Shown here one piece after another: positions 38,123 through 50,092 of a stretch of DNA of 64,000 nt. Each line of letters begins with the position of its first letter. Within the stretch, counting starts at the first letter, position 1. Both the position numbers and the translations under genes were made by a program. The stretch covers positions 62,001-126,000 of the IMG/VR virus record IMGVR_UViG_3300044700_000691; one strand, 5' to 3'. The notes beneath the pieces were generated by a model, which saw only the letters and a program-made list of their open reading frames with translations, made no database searches and was not told the origin of the DNA.

Positions 38123-41100
38123 TTAGATAAATTTCATTTTTGGTTCAATTATTAAACTTAATCGACCGGTTGTTTTTAAGGGAATTCTTAATTGAACAGA
38201 TCGTCCGTCTTTAATATTTATTTGGACTCCTTCTAGTTTCTTGTACCCTAACGCATAGCGCTCTGCCGCGGTTTTGGTAATAATTTCAAGGCCAGTCGGC
38301 TGGCTCTTATCTTCTATGTACCAGAATACAAGTTGGTCAATTGCATAGTTAGGTAAAATGTTCTCGATTGCATACTGTTTAACGTATGACGAAAAATCGT
38401 ATGATCCAAGTATTTCTGGATTTCTAGCAGTTGTATCAATATCAAAGCTGCCTGAAATTTGAGATTCTAGGCCTAATGATAAGACCTTTGCTGCAAAAAC
38501 ATTAGTTAAGTTTATATCAACTTGAGAGTCGCTAGTGTTTACTTTGTATAAAACGTCAGCCTCTCTATTAATATAGTCAGCCGAAATCGATGGAAACTCC
38601 AGTATTTCGCTAGAAGAAAGTGAATCTATTTCAATAGACGTCGGTAGCGAGGCAAGTTTAGCCATAAAATAAGAATCTTCGGCTATACGTCGGGTGCCGT
38701 ATGCTGGAATAGAATCAGTTTTATTAATATATTCTAAATGGAAGCCATAGTCCCAATTTGATGCAAGTAAATAAAGGTCACCGTTTGAGATTGGAGTTTC
38801 TCCAATTAATTCAAAGATTGGTTTATACTTATCGTTACCTTCCAGCTCTAGAATTTTCTTTTCTGAAACTTTGATATGTTCAAATCCTTTTACTTCAAAG
38901 AATCGATTTGCGTTTGGATTAAATTTGCAATTTGCGTCTTTAACTATTTCTAAATTTAAAGTTGTATCTGGCATAAATGCGGTAACTTCTCTAAAAATAG
39001 GAGAATAGGTTGAACCGTGTCTTCTTAGGAAAACCGGATTTTGTAAATACGATTCAGTTGCAGTATAGCCAACTAAGTTGGATGCCTGTCTTTTACTTGT
39101 AGTTTCGGCTTGCGTTAATTGTAGATTAACTGGTGAAACAGTTGGTATCTTTAATTTTTCAACAATGGTAGCCTCTTCAATTTCAATATAAAACTCATTT
39201 GTTGTTTTTACTCCGTTTGAATAGGTAGTATAGGTTACATTATCTCGGCCTCTATCAATTGATCGCTTAAACTCATTGAAACTTAATCTCTTAAATAATC
39301 CTTTGTAATAAGATTCTCCTCCAAGCAAAAGGGCAAAGTTTACTGATTCCCAATAACTAGTATCAAACGCAGGGATAGTTGATTCTCTTTTAATAATTTT
39401 ATCAATATTAAAGGTTGTTGCACCTGAAACAGTTTGTGCAGTTGGAATACCGGTAAATGCAAGTTCGCCAATTCCAGAGTCAGATCTCATTACAACACCA
39501 CTTGGCAAAATCTCCGAAATACCAGATTCATTTGATAATCTATAGATAGTTTGCTTAATTATTCTAAGAAGTTTTTTGTTTGCATCTCCTGGATAAGCTA
39601 AAATATTAAAGACTGAATTTGTTTCTGATGCCAGTACTTGTGCATTTGGATAGGTATATCCGGTGTCGCCAGTAGCTGTATTTTTTAATTCTAAAATATC
39701 AATAACGTTTAATAAAGTAGTACCTGCATAAGCTACCCGGTTTTGTGTAGCAAGCGCATGGCTAATATCCGATTGATAAAAATTAATAGGCGCCGCCGAA
39801 TTTTTTTGGAAAAATTTGACAGTAACGGCTGACCCAGTTGAGGTCGCAGCTGCCGATAACGTAACTTTAGTTATAAGTTGGCCGTTTGCATCAAGCGCAG
39901 CATTATTAACGCTAACTACATAGGCATTGGCCGGAATACCAGTGCCTGTTACATAGACTTTATTTGACGCATTATAGTTTAAACCAGTTGAATCACCATA
40001 CGATGCTAATTCTAAATTTGTATCGGCTTGTAAATATAGGTCAGCTGAACCTGATGTAATAGCGGCAGGCCGACTTTGATTTGATATATTTGATACAATT
40101 GCCTTGGACAAGGTTACGGCTGTGCCATTAACTGAATTGACTCTGGTTCCAGGCTTACTCCATCCAACAATTTCAACTTCAGATCCAATTAAAATTGAGG
40201 TGGCTGGCGCTGAGCTTAGCGTGATAATCGAAGAACCTCCTTCTACACTAGCAGTTACAGCTGGACTGAGAGCACTTCCAATTATTGTAGTTTGGTTAAC
40301 AAATGATTCTTTAATACTGTTTGATGTAATAATTCGGTTTTTAATAAATGGATATAAACTTAGTCCAGCTACACCATATGCATTATTTTCAGTTGTCGTA
40401 ATTCCTTGTGAAGTTCCTCCAGGAAGAGTAATAGTAGTTAAGGCTTGACCTTCTCCACTTGACAGGAGTCCATTTGAATTAATTGGAAAATCTAGCGTAA
40501 ATTCTTCTGGATTAGCTGTACCAAATACTTTAATTATAGTGGAGTCTTTATACGATAACATACTATTAACGCTAACTTTATTAATCTCGTCAGCTATTTG
40601 AATATCCGAGCCTTTATCTAACGAAAATACAAATGGTAACCCTCTGTCTCCATATCCAGCCGGCCTTGATAAATCTAAACTATTTACTAGATTTATGCTA
40701 CTGTAACTGTTAGCTAGTGTATTATACTTTTTGTTTTTTGCATAATACATAAAGGCTAACGTAATATCAGAAATTGATAGAATCCCGTTAGCCGTACTAA
40801 TTTGATTTATATTAAGTTTATAGTCAGAAAATGAAGCTGGCATATTATTGAATACATGCTGTTCATTTTGAGAAAGGCCGCCGGTTTTAGTTACAAGTAA
40901 TTCGGTTGGACTGGACACCAATGCATTTGATTTACGGCTAACTCTTAATTCAACTATTAACGTAATAAATTTAAAGTCTCGTGATTCAATAAATTTAAAT
41001 TGAATAGGATTTTCACCAGAGTATGGTGTCTCTTCTATTACCTTTAGGATTGACGTAAAACGATAATTATTAAAACGATTGGATTCTCTAACATATTTAA

Positions 41101-44100
41101 GAGCGCCGGATAATTCTTGTTCCACTGTATCTTGCACGACCTCTTTAAATACAAACTTAATTCCTTTAAATATAGATTTAGCAATGCCAGACACAGAGTC
41201 TTTTTTAATTTGGGAAAATCTATATTGCGTTCTTGCACAAGGCGTCATAACTCCATTATTTAAATAACTTGGAGTAAAAATAAAGTAGTCCTCAAAATAT
41301 CCAGCTTGCGTTACAGCTAGTGTTGGGTTAAACGGCGTATCAAAATATAGTTTGTTTTGAGACGCGGCAGTTATGTCATTAATATAATCATATAGAGATT
41401 CAATATAAAACCACTCATGCGTCATTAAACTTGAATCTGGCTCAACTTTATTTGGCTCGGGTGAAAAATTATTTACACCAAAAACTAAATCCGCATTTAA
41501 CCGATACGGGTTTGATCTTGAATCAAGGGAACCGTCTGCTCCCCATTTACAGATGTACTTAACCAATCGGTTTTTTCCAGCATTTTCAATTAAAAATCTT
41601 TCGTAATTTGAGTCGTACTCTGATGTAATTTTTCCGCTTGTAAATCTATCTCGATAAATGTATGATACTGTTTTAGAAGGAGAAACTTCAGCATAGTCTG
41701 ACGTGATTGTAAAAAATCCTTTAAAATCTAAAATATCTGGAGTATTATCAGCAAGCTCAACATCATAAGTAGGTGTTGTTAGTGATAGTGCTGGAATTAC
41801 AAACGGATCTCCGTTTATCGCTTCAAATTTAACAACCGTTGGTAGTACTGTTTTTTCAATTAAATCTCCATCACTATATGTAGACGTTCCAATTTTAATA
41901 CTACCATTTAAAACTCGATATGCAGATTTTCCTAGGTTAATCATATTAATTCCTTCTGGAATAAATGCAGATTTCCAGACATCACTTAATTGAGTAGACG
42001 CGTATTGGCTATCAGTATGGTCAAAATCAAAATCTTTAATTGGGATAATTGATAATGCACTAATTGTTGGTTTATATTTCTTTTTAATTTGAACTAGTCC
42101 AAATTTTAAAAGAGCTTCTGTGCCGTTTTCTGTTAATACGTTTATATTATTATCGTAATAGTCTACTGCTTTAATTTTATCAGCTTCGCTAGTAAATGTA
42201 TTGGTGTTTATGTAATCTATACTCTTAACAATATTTTCAATTTCAACCCAACCAGAAGGCGATTGTACTAGAATATCTGCCTTATTTGTATGTAATTTAT
42301 TGAAATATTGGCCTTCAACTGAAATATGCGAGGATAGTGCTGAGCCAGGCTTAAAATTAACTACTTGACATCCAATTATGTCAGTTTGGTCTAAATTTCC
42401 TATACCAAACGTTAGGGTTTTTACTCCAGCTTCTGCAATCAAAGTACCAAATAAGTAGTTAATTTGATTAATACTGGGTGAAGCTTCGCCATATACAATA
42501 TAATCGCTATTAGTTAAATCGATAGTTGTACTAGAACTTGTTCCAAGTAGGTCGGCTGCCGTTTTCTTAAAAATTGGCTCGTCTGATATAGTTATCTTAA
42601 GGTCACTACTGGCTGGAATATATTGGGCAGCATATTCTAATGAAACATTACCTTCGGTATTTACAACAATAAATATTCGGTTTTGATAAGAAAATGCTTT
42701 AAATCCACTGTTTTGTATAGCGTTAATTGCTTCGGTTATCGACTCTGCAATTTTTTGTAATTGAGTCGCTAGATCTTCCTGCTGTACAACATTAATACTA
42801 TAGTAAAATTGATCTGGCCCATATTCATTGTATAGAGCAAGCGCTCCAAGTAGAGTCGACCCATTATATGAAAAATTAGATACCGCAGTAAGTGTTTCAA
42901 ATCTCTTAGAATTTTGATTAGTCGCTTTTCCATTTGGATAATAAATTCTAAGTTGATCTAGGTGGTTTGGGATTGCGTCAATTGAAATTTCAATAAATGA
43001 TTGGATTCCACCTTCTGTATAATCGGCAGAGTCTTCCATAAATGTTTCAGTTGGACCGTGTAGTAGAGACAAATCTATTGATTTACTCGAAATCTTTAAT
43101 TTTGAATCTAAAATATTTGCTTGCGTAACTTTATGTAAGTTACCTAACTTATCTTCAAGTGTGATAATACCAGCTCCATCTAATTCAGACAATGCAGAAG
43201 AAACCGACGCTGGAATTGCATGAAATTTTAAGTCTAATCCATTTTCATTAGTTTGGGTAAATGGTGTTTGCGCATATTCATATGTGTTAGGATCAGTAAT
43301 GGTTGGAGAATTTAATGCAAGCGCAGCATGATCGCTTAAGTCAAAATCTAGCTCGGCTAACTCTACAGTATTACAGTAAATTCCAAAATATCTATTAAAT
43401 TCAAAGTCGTCTGACGTGTCGTCAAATAGAAATTCTAGATTTAGAATATTTGGATAAATTACAGAGTTTCTCTCATAACCTAGAGTTACATATTCTTCAA
43501 AGTCAGTAATAGTTTTACCGCCTATAATTAAGTCTTGTAGGTTTTCAAATTTTTCAGTGTAACAGCCAACTTTATAGGCAACTCCCGAATATGATGCAAG
43601 CAAGCCTCTGTTAAATGGAAAGTTTAGTGTAGTCGACGGAAATAACGGATTGCTCTGCATCTTTTTAAGATACGTACCGATATGCGAGTCTACTCCTAAG
43701 TCAAAGGTTTTTATAATTTGAGCACCATCCAGTATGCTTTTTAAATGTCCAGCCTTGGCATATGGATAGCTTGCTTTGGTTTCCGAAATTGGCAAGTGAC
43801 TTGCCCCGGGGATTTTAAAAATTACAAATTTTTCTGGGACCTCTTTATTTAAATATATTGGCGCAAAGTACTTGAACTTTTCAGAATAATTCTTTGATAT
43901 ACAGTATCGCGCGCCTGAAAAATATTCAGAAAAATCGTATTGGTCAGCAAAATTTGATGATGTTGAATCCAGTGCGACATTTGTTTTTACGCCAAATACA
44001 ATTGATTCTGGCGTATTTCCATTACTAAAAAATCTATATAGATTTGAATCATGATTAGACGTTGGGTCAATTGGATAGGCTTTATACTTATCATTTGCTA

Positions 44101-44245
44101 ATTCAGAGCTTGCCTCAATTGATTCAAAATATAAATTTTGGTTAGCATCTACCACTAACTTAATATTCCCTGTAAGTTTAGGGTTAGTTCTAACTAATCC
44201 AAATGATGTGTCAAAAGGTGTAATCTTTTTATAAGATAATGCCAC
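38123..44245 (-). CDS. Very large hypothetical protein, probably virion/baseplate (2040 aa, GTG start)
   Basis: Long intact ORF in a late operon; no catalytic motif recognised. Confidence 0.6.
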   Translation of the reverse strand: MALSYKKITPFDTSFGLVRTNPKLTGNIKLVVDANQNLYFESIEASSELANDKYKAYPIDPTSNHDSNLYRFFSNGNTPESIVFGVKTNVALDSTSSNFADQYDFSEYFSGARYCISKNYSEKFKYFAPIYLNKEVPEKFVIFKIPGASHLPISETKASYPYAKAGHLKSILDGAQIIKTFDLGVDSHIGTYLKKMQSNPLFPSTTLNFPFNRGLLASYSGVAYKVGCYTEKFENLQDLIIGGKTITDFEEYVTLGYERNSVIYPNILNLEFLFDDTSDDFEFNRYFGIYCNTVELAELDFDLSDHAALALNSPTITDPNTYEYAQTPFTQTNENGLDLKFHAIPASVSSALSELDGAGIITLEDKLGNLHKVTQANILDSKLKISSKSIDLSLLHGPTETFMEDSADYTEGGIQSFIEISIDAIPNHLDQLRIYYPNGKATNQNSKRFETLTAVSNFSYNGSTLLGALALYNEYGPDQFYYSINVVQQEDLATQLQKIAESITEAINAIQNSGFKAFSYQNRIFIVVNTEGNVSLEYAAQYIPASSDLKITISDEPIFKKTAADLLGTSSSTTIDLTNSDYIVYGEASPSINQINYLFGTLIAEAGVKTLTFGIGNLDQTDIIGCQVVNFKPGSALSSHISVEGQYFNKLHTNKADILVQSPSGWVEIENIVKSIDYINTNTFTSEADKIKAVDYYDNNINVLTENGTEALLKFGLVQIKKKYKPTISALSIIPIKDFDFDHTDSQYASTQLSDVWKSAFIPEGINMINLGKSAYRVLNGSIKIGTSTYSDGDLIEKTVLPTVVKFEAINGDPFVIPALSLTTPTYDVELADNTPDILDFKGFFTITSDYAEVSPSKTVSYIYRDRFTSGKITSEYDSNYERFLIENAGKNRLVKYICKWGADGSLDSRSNPYRLNADLVFGVNNFSPEPNKVEPDSSLMTHEWFYIESLYDYINDITAASQNKLYFDTPFNPTLAVTQAGYFEDYFIFTPSYLNNGVMTPCARTQYRFSQIKKDSVSGIAKSIFKGIKFVFKEVVQDTVEQELSGALKYVRESNRFNNYRFTSILKVIEETPYSGENPIQFKFIESRDFKFITLIVELRVSRKSNALVSSPTELLVTKTGGLSQNEQHVFNNMPASFSDYKLNINQISTANGILSISDITLAFMYYAKNKKYNTLANSYSSINLVNSLDLSRPAGYGDRGLPFVFSLDKGSDIQIADEINKVSVNSMLSYKDSTIIKVFGTANPEEFTLDFPINSNGLLSSGEGQALTTITLPGGTSQGITTTENNAYGVAGLSLYPFIKNRIITSNSIKESFVNQTTIIGSALSPAVTASVEGGSSIITLSSAPATSILIGSEVEIVGWSKPGTRVNSVNGTAVTLSKAIVSNISNQSRPAAITSGSADLYLQADTNLELASYGDSTGLNYNASNKVYVTGTGIPANAYVVSVNNAALDANGQLITKVTLSAAATSTGSAVTVKFFQKNSAAPINFYQSDISHALATQNRVAYAGTTLLNVIDILELKNTATGDTGYTYPNAQVLASETNSVFNILAYPGDANKKLLRIIKQTIYRLSNESGISEILPSGVVMRSDSGIGELAFTGIPTAQTVSGATTFNIDKIIKRESTIPAFDTSYWESVNFALLLGGESYYKGLFKRLSFNEFKRSIDRGRDNVTYTTYSNGVKTTNEFYIEIEEATIVEKLKIPTVSPVNLQLTQAETTSKRQASNLVGYTATESYLQNPVFLRRHGSTYSPIFREVTAFMPDTTLNLEIVKDANCKFNPNANRFFEVKGFEHIKVSEKKILELEGNDKYKPIFELIGETPISNGDLYLLASNWDYGFHLEYINKTDSIPAYGTRRIAEDSYFMAKLASLPTSIEIDSLSSSEILEFPSISADYINREADVLYKVNTSDSQVDINLTNVFAAKVLSLGLESQISGSFDIDTTARNPEILGSYDFSSYVKQYAIENILPNYAIDQLVFWYIEDKSQPTGLEIITKTAAERYALGYKKLEGVQINIKDGRSVQLRIPLKTTGRLSLIIEPKMKFI

Positions 44246-44267
44246 GTGTTTCTACTTAATTTTTATA

Positions 44268-47200
44268 TTACATAAAATTAGTTAGAGAAGAGTTCAGTGA
44301 TAAATTAAATGCTGAGCTTCTAAGAATATCAGTTAAATCTGATATGTAAACTCCGCCTCCGCCTGATCCGCCGTGTGGCGTAAATATAGTTGGCGAAGTA
44401 ATAATTGTATCACGCTGATGCTTACCACTAACCTGTATATCGAACTCAAATAATCCACTCTTAGTGTAAATATCAAGTCCAATAATTTTTGTATATGTAA
44501 TATTAGTTAATTTTTGACCGGTTGACCAACCTCCAATTTCACCGATTTTATCAGTGGTTCTAAATTGGAAAACTATTGGAACTGTTATTGAAGCAGCAGA
44601 TCCAGCAGAAACCGTTCTTTTTGACGATCTTGAGTTTGATCCATCTACTGAAATAGAGGCATATGATTGCGGCATCATAAATAAGTACGATCCGCAGGTT
44701 TTTGCACCAATTAGATAATCATCGCCAGTCCCAAATCCAATTTTAATTGGAAAAGTATTTAGCGCTGAATATAATACGTCGCTATATGCATAAGGCGATT
44801 CTGGGGTTACCCTTTCCGCTTGTGCATAGTATGGAACTCCAAATTCATTGGTTCCTGCTTCTGCGCTTGTGTTAAAGTGAACCGCGTGAGAAAAAGGTAA
44901 ATATACTTGACTTGTATTTGTGATAGCATTTCCTGAAACTTCGTATGGTGCGCTTGCACTAAGGCCTAAGAAATTATTACCATTGAATGAACCGTTTCCT
45001 AAGTTTTTAAGGAATGGGTGATCTTTATGAATACAGAATTCAGTAAGGGTTCCACCTCCAGCCGGAACGCCGCCGCTAAGGCTGCCATTCCAAACATCAA
45101 GAGCTCCTGCTGCTCCAGGAATAGATGGAATATAGTGTCCACCCATATAGTTAGGTTTTCCAGGGACTACGTTTACCGTATCAGTAAATTTATAGTTTTG
45201 GTTAGTTGCATAAGATGACACATTGATACTAGACGTTGAAGCAGATTGGTCTAGCATATCTCCAAAATAGAGACGTTTACTATTATCTGCGTTAAAGTAT
45301 CTAGCATAAATATATTGGCTTTTTACTTGGGATGATTGATAGCCGGTTCTTTGTGTAAATGCAGCAAAGCCTGCTCTAGAAACTCCATTTAAATTAATTG
45401 GAGCTTTATCGTATCTTAAATATGTATTGTATTGAGTATCAGTATTTGCACCTGGGAAAGATGTTGGTGCAGCCACTCCAATTCCTCCGCCTAAGGTTGA
45501 AATTAATTCAAGCGGGGTTTGTGAAGCATTTCTAATCTTAACTTGATATTCTTTAGATACAACTTTACCTTTATCTAAAGAACCGTCTGTTAATTTAGCA
45601 GAGTCTACATAATATCCAGCAAACAAATCAACGGTTTGACCATTTGTAACCTGTACTTCGCTACCCTCTGGGGTAATTATGCTAATAATAAGTTCAGCTG
45701 TTGCGGTAGAAAGAGACGCTTGAATTGCTGAAAGAGACTCTGATATTTCTTTTAACTTATCGTATAAAGAAATAGCGGTGCCGTCTGCTAAAAAGAATCC
45801 TGACGCAACCGCATCTGTTGTATGTGAATAATACTTATCTTTACTAGTAAAGGCGGTAGATAGGTGAAGATCTAATCCTCTAGCATTTAATTCTTCCTGT
45901 AGGGAAATTCTGCTCTCGTCTGCCATTGCCTGCTGAGCAATAAGGGTATTTTCTTCTGCTGATTGAATATTTGATGGAAAGTCTATTGTAATAGCGTCAG
46001 ACCACTCTGATTCAACTGGATTATCTGGAAAACCTGCTTCAGAAAGAGATTTAATTTTAATTTCAACAGATTCACCTTTTCTAATTGCAATATCCAATTG
46101 ATTAATATTAACTGATTCCGGATCTGCAACATTTTCCTCAGTCCATTCGTAAAGACCAGTTGTTGAGTTATATGTCTTTTGCTTAGCCTTTGTTAAAGTC
46201 TCTGTCCATGGAGAAAAATAGCCAGTTCTTTGAGTTCCAGCTGCATCTGTAAATGTAATAGGGTCGGCAGCGGCTGCATCTTTGTTTAAACTTAGATACC
46301 TATATGCAATTTTGAACTGAACTGTTTTTTGTAAGCCGTACGGCGAATCAATATCAGCTGGAATTTCCCAAAATCCTCTAACTCGATATTTAGGGGAAAC
46401 GCTAAATTCTGGTGAAGTTTTTACGTTTAGGGAAAGTTCTTTAACTACTGTAGATAATTGAGAAAATGACTGCGATCTTGCTGAAGTTTTATTATTTAAA
46501 TCAGATTGTGCTTTAAGTCGAATTGCATCATTTTGATTACCTGATGAGTTAATTGTCTTTTTAAGAGTATCAATAGATTTGTCCAATTCTCTTAATTGAG
46601 AATTAATTGATTCCTTTTGTGAAACTAGAGTTTTTACCGTAGACGCAGAGTCCGTATTAGTTACGTGTGAATCTATTTGTAAAACTTTAAAATTTGCTGA
46701 ACTAAGCGTTGGTGCATTTGGCTGAAATCCTAGAGAATTCGGCAATTTCTTTTCCTTTGCGAATGATAAAAATAATAGGCCAAAGTCTGCAACAAAATTA
46801 TTGTAGTATTCGTTTAGCGTTAAATTTTGACCGCTTTGTAGAGTAATTTGCAATTCATTTGTGTAAATTCCAAATCCGTTTGAAATAAAATCAACAGTTA
46901 AGTCCATTTTTGAACTTATTGGTTTTATAAAAATTACTTCGCGTTCGTTATATCCAATGTTTACAGCAAGGGTTGGAGATCTATATAGTTCAGGTTTAAT
47001 TCTTAAGTTTTCAAAAAGAACAATTCCATCTGATCCAAATACTCTTTTTAAAATAACTGATTTATCTTTAGTATCAACTGACTCAACTAGATATTCTGAA
47101 TTTTCTTCAGTTATTACTCTAGCGCCAACCGATAATTCTCTTCGCTGTGCAGCTGGAGTAGATCCAGTTACATCGGTGTATTCTAATTTATCAAGAACGT

Positions 47201-47942
47201 ATTTTACTTTACTGTAACTTAGGATTTCGCCGTTAATAGTTTCAGGCACAGTTATTTCAGAAATAGTTTGAACTTTAAACGTTCCACGATATCTGTTAAT
47301 TGCTCCAGGTAAATCTACAATATTGGTATCTTCAAAATAAGAAATTCCAGCATTTACTAAATCATTTAATAGAGTTGTGTAATTAACGGAATTTTTACCT
47401 TTGTAATTATTATTAAAAAATGTAATTAAGTCAGTATCTTCTCCAACATTTACAATAACTCTTCTAATTTCAAACTTAGAAATATCATCTGATACATAAT
47501 TAGTTACGTCAATTGGAACATATAGTAGTGGGCTAAGGAAACTCTCAAAAAACCAGTTATTTTTGGTTTTAAATCTGGTTGGTAAACCTAAACTAGCATC
47601 TCCGATTTTTTCAAGATCTGAAATAGTTTTAGTTATGTCGTTAAGCTCAAATCGTTTAACGTTGCCTTGATCGTCCTTAACTCCAATTGTATTACCGTTT
47701 GCGTTAAGAAGAGTCTTAAATTTAGTATCGATTTCTTCAATACGACCATTCATATATCCAATTGATGGAATTGGAATAGTTGTACTTAAAGTTGGATCAT
47801 CTGCATCGATTCGAGTAACTTCAACTTGGCTAGAATTTGTAGTTAGAGCCTGATTCATTTTTGAAATAAGCTCTTGTGCGTTAGCGGTTTGTACGCCAAG
47901 CGAATTTAAGATCTCTGATAAAGAATTAGTTCCTTCAGCCAT
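44268..47942 (-). CDS. Large hypothetical virion protein with a central coiled coil (1224 aa)
   Basis: Intact ORF; heptad segment KESINSQLRELDKSIDTLKK. Confidence 0.6.
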   Translation of the reverse strand: MAEGTNSLSEILNSLGVQTANAQELISKMNQALTTNSSQVEVTRIDADDPTLSTTIPIPSIGYMNGRIEEIDTKFKTLLNANGNTIGVKDDQGNVKRFELNDITKTISDLEKIGDASLGLPTRFKTKNNWFFESFLSPLLYVPIDVTNYVSDDISKFEIRRVIVNVGEDTDLITFFNNNYKGKNSVNYTTLLNDLVNAGISYFEDTNIVDLPGAINRYRGTFKVQTISEITVPETINGEILSYSKVKYVLDKLEYTDVTGSTPAAQRRELSVGARVITEENSEYLVESVDTKDKSVILKRVFGSDGIVLFENLRIKPELYRSPTLAVNIGYNEREVIFIKPISSKMDLTVDFISNGFGIYTNELQITLQSGQNLTLNEYYNNFVADFGLLFLSFAKEKKLPNSLGFQPNAPTLSSANFKVLQIDSHVTNTDSASTVKTLVSQKESINSQLRELDKSIDTLKKTINSSGNQNDAIRLKAQSDLNNKTSARSQSFSQLSTVVKELSLNVKTSPEFSVSPKYRVRGFWEIPADIDSPYGLQKTVQFKIAYRYLSLNKDAAAADPITFTDAAGTQRTGYFSPWTETLTKAKQKTYNSTTGLYEWTEENVADPESVNINQLDIAIRKGESVEIKIKSLSEAGFPDNPVESEWSDAITIDFPSNIQSAEENTLIAQQAMADESRISLQEELNARGLDLHLSTAFTSKDKYYSHTTDAVASGFFLADGTAISLYDKLKEISESLSAIQASLSTATAELIISIITPEGSEVQVTNGQTVDLFAGYYVDSAKLTDGSLDKGKVVSKEYQVKIRNASQTPLELISTLGGGIGVAAPTSFPGANTDTQYNTYLRYDKAPINLNGVSRAGFAAFTQRTGYQSSQVKSQYIYARYFNADNSKRLYFGDMLDQSASTSSINVSSYATNQNYKFTDTVNVVPGKPNYMGGHYIPSIPGAAGALDVWNGSLSGGVPAGGGTLTEFCIHKDHPFLKNLGNGSFNGNNFLGLSASAPYEVSGNAITNTSQVYLPFSHAVHFNTSAEAGTNEFGVPYYAQAERVTPESPYAYSDVLYSALNTFPIKIGFGTGDDYLIGAKTCGSYLFMMPQSYASISVDGSNSRSSKRTVSAGSAASITVPIVFQFRTTDKIGEIGGWSTGQKLTNITYTKIIGLDIYTKSGLFEFDIQVSGKHQRDTIITSPTIFTPHGGSGGGGVYISDLTDILRSSAFNLSLNSSLTNFM

Positions 47943-50071
47943 TATCGTATTCTATCTATTTTAAAGTCCAAGGTTAAAGAATTTATACAAATGATTTCGA
48001 AAATAGGTCGATTATCGCTGGACCAGCCGTAATCTGTTAATATTCCTATTCTTGTGTTGTATGCTTGAGTAACACTAGAAAAATCTAAATTTGTAGATCT
48101 AGCTAATGCATCAGTTGATAGTGTAATACTATATCCGTTTGTTAAAACTGGATCTGCAAATACTAATCTTAACACTTGGCCTTTTTTCCATTGAGTTAAG
48201 GTATCGTTAATTTTTAAAACCAGATTTCCAGTTAGGGTATGTGAATTCCCAGATTTTTCATGTCTATAATAATTACTAAATGGTACTAGAGGAATTGATT
48301 GAGCTAGCGCAATATCAAAGATTGGGCTTGTTTCAAAATTGTAATCTGGTGTTTCATTGTTGACAACGATTTGGTTACTGATTCCTCGGCTAATTCCTAT
48401 CCCCGATCCGCTTTTTACAACATCTGTATTATATGCAACTTCAAGAGAAGTCTTTCCTGCTACAAAATTTGTAAGTTGACCTTCGACGTTTGTGATTTTC
48501 TCAATAACGTTTTTAGTATTTAAAAATAGCGCGCTATTTGCAAGTAGAGCTTTTTCTAAGCTCGAAAGTCTTGATTCTATATCAGAAGTTTTGCTAGTAG
48601 TTAATAGACTTGACTTAACTTTTTCCCAGTCAGTTTGTAATTGAGTAAATTGGGTTAATTTAGCCTCCTGATTAATTGCAACTGTTTGGAAACGATTCAT
48701 TAAGTCTGTAAAAAGCTCTAAACTGAATCCAGCGTTTGCATTAATATTTTTAATTGGTTCTACCGCAACATCTTCAATTGAAGTATCGAATTTTACGTTA
48801 AGTTTAAATGCATAAGAGTTACCATTAATTTTACTTAATGGATCTGGCTTGTATTTAGCTAGTCTTGGTATTTCAAATTCTAAACCGTTTGGTTGAATTT
48901 TATTTAAGAAAAGTACACCATATAAATTCTTAGCTTTTAATACTTTAGTTACTGGATCAATTACATCATAATAAACAAGAACTGTGTTAAAATCAAAGTT
49001 TTTATTTTGAACATTAATGTCATTAAGTCCAGAGAAGGCTGTTTTTGCGTTTTGTGTTGCCACTAAATAATCAGTAAGCGAAAAGTCTACACATACTCCA
49101 TCTAACGTTGATCTAGTATAATTAATAGTTGTAGTTACGCCGCTATTAGTTTTACTCTTTTTGATTTTCTTATTAACAGCTGTATTATATTTCCAAGTAG
49201 CAGAAGGTGCATCATAAGTACCATCAGTATAGTATGAGTTATTTAAGGTTCCTTGAAACCAGTTTTGCGCGGTATATGTAGAACCTGCGTATGGAGCTTG
49301 CTCCAAAAGCACAGTTGAATCATCTAAATCATAAAATGCATTTAAGCTTAATCCTTGTGGGTGAGTATCACTATAGTGACGACCAACAATAGTTTCACGG
49401 TCTTCAGGTAAATCTGGACTGTGTGTAACTGTCATATTTGGCTTATAATTAGAGTCATCTATTGATTTAAATAGAATATATGGAGTTGACCCTACATTAT
49501 TTGGAACATGTAGGTAAAGTTCGCTATATGAATTTTCTTTACCTTTATATGAGTTAACAATATCGATTTCACCAATATATTGTACGACTTTGCTGTATGA
49601 TGAGCCAACTGCTTCGTCCTCTTCTGTAAAAATTCCAGTAGTAGAGGTTTCTAACGTATTAGCGCCTCTCCAACGAATAGCGCCAGCTTCCTTTAACCAT
49701 TTCCAAAAAACCCTCTCTGATACGTTAAGCGGTAATTCTCTATTATATGAATCCTGAGAAATCAATAGGGCTTCTAGATTCAAAGCGTAGTTTTGAAAAC
49801 TTTGAGCTAAGTTGTAATTTTGATTGCTTTGGTTATAAAGACCAGGATCAGTCATTAATGTTTCACCTTGAGCTTTAAAAAATAGCTTATTATCTGAAGG
49901 AGTTCCATCTGGTGTTCCAACATTAGGTAAATTTAAAAGCACAAAGTTAGAAAACTTAAATTGATTACCACTATTATTAAATGATAAAGTTAAGTCTTCT
50001 AATGAACTCTGGAAAGTGTAAAATATACCCTTTCTAGTTGTTATTGGTTTTATAATAGGAGCAACTGCCAT
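47942..50071 (-). CDS. Hypothetical virion protein (709 aa)
   Basis: Intact ORF with a TAATG overlap with the downstream gene. Confidence 0.6.
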   Translation of the reverse strand: MAVAPIIKPITTRKGIFYTFQSSLEDLTLSFNNSGNQFKFSNFVLLNLPNVGTPDGTPSDNKLFFKAQGETLMTDPGLYNQSNQNYNLAQSFQNYALNLEALLISQDSYNRELPLNVSERVFWKWLKEAGAIRWRGANTLETSTTGIFTEEDEAVGSSYSKVVQYIGEIDIVNSYKGKENSYSELYLHVPNNVGSTPYILFKSIDDSNYKPNMTVTHSPDLPEDRETIVGRHYSDTHPQGLSLNAFYDLDDSTVLLEQAPYAGSTYTAQNWFQGTLNNSYYTDGTYDAPSATWKYNTAVNKKIKKSKTNSGVTTTINYTRSTLDGVCVDFSLTDYLVATQNAKTAFSGLNDINVQNKNFDFNTVLVYYDVIDPVTKVLKAKNLYGVLFLNKIQPNGLEFEIPRLAKYKPDPLSKINGNSYAFKLNVKFDTSIEDVAVEPIKNINANAGFSLELFTDLMNRFQTVAINQEAKLTQFTQLQTDWEKVKSSLLTTSKTSDIESRLSSLEKALLANSALFLNTKNVIEKITNVEGQLTNFVAGKTSLEVAYNTDVVKSGSGIGISRGISNQIVVNNETPDYNFETSPIFDIALAQSIPLVPFSNYYRHEKSGNSHTLTGNLVLKINDTLTQWKKGQVLRLVFADPVLTNGYSITLSTDALARSTNLDFSSVTQAYNTRIGILTDYGWSSDNRPIFEIICINSLTLDFKIDRIR

Positions 50072-50092
50072 TTTGCGCTCAGGGTTTTATTT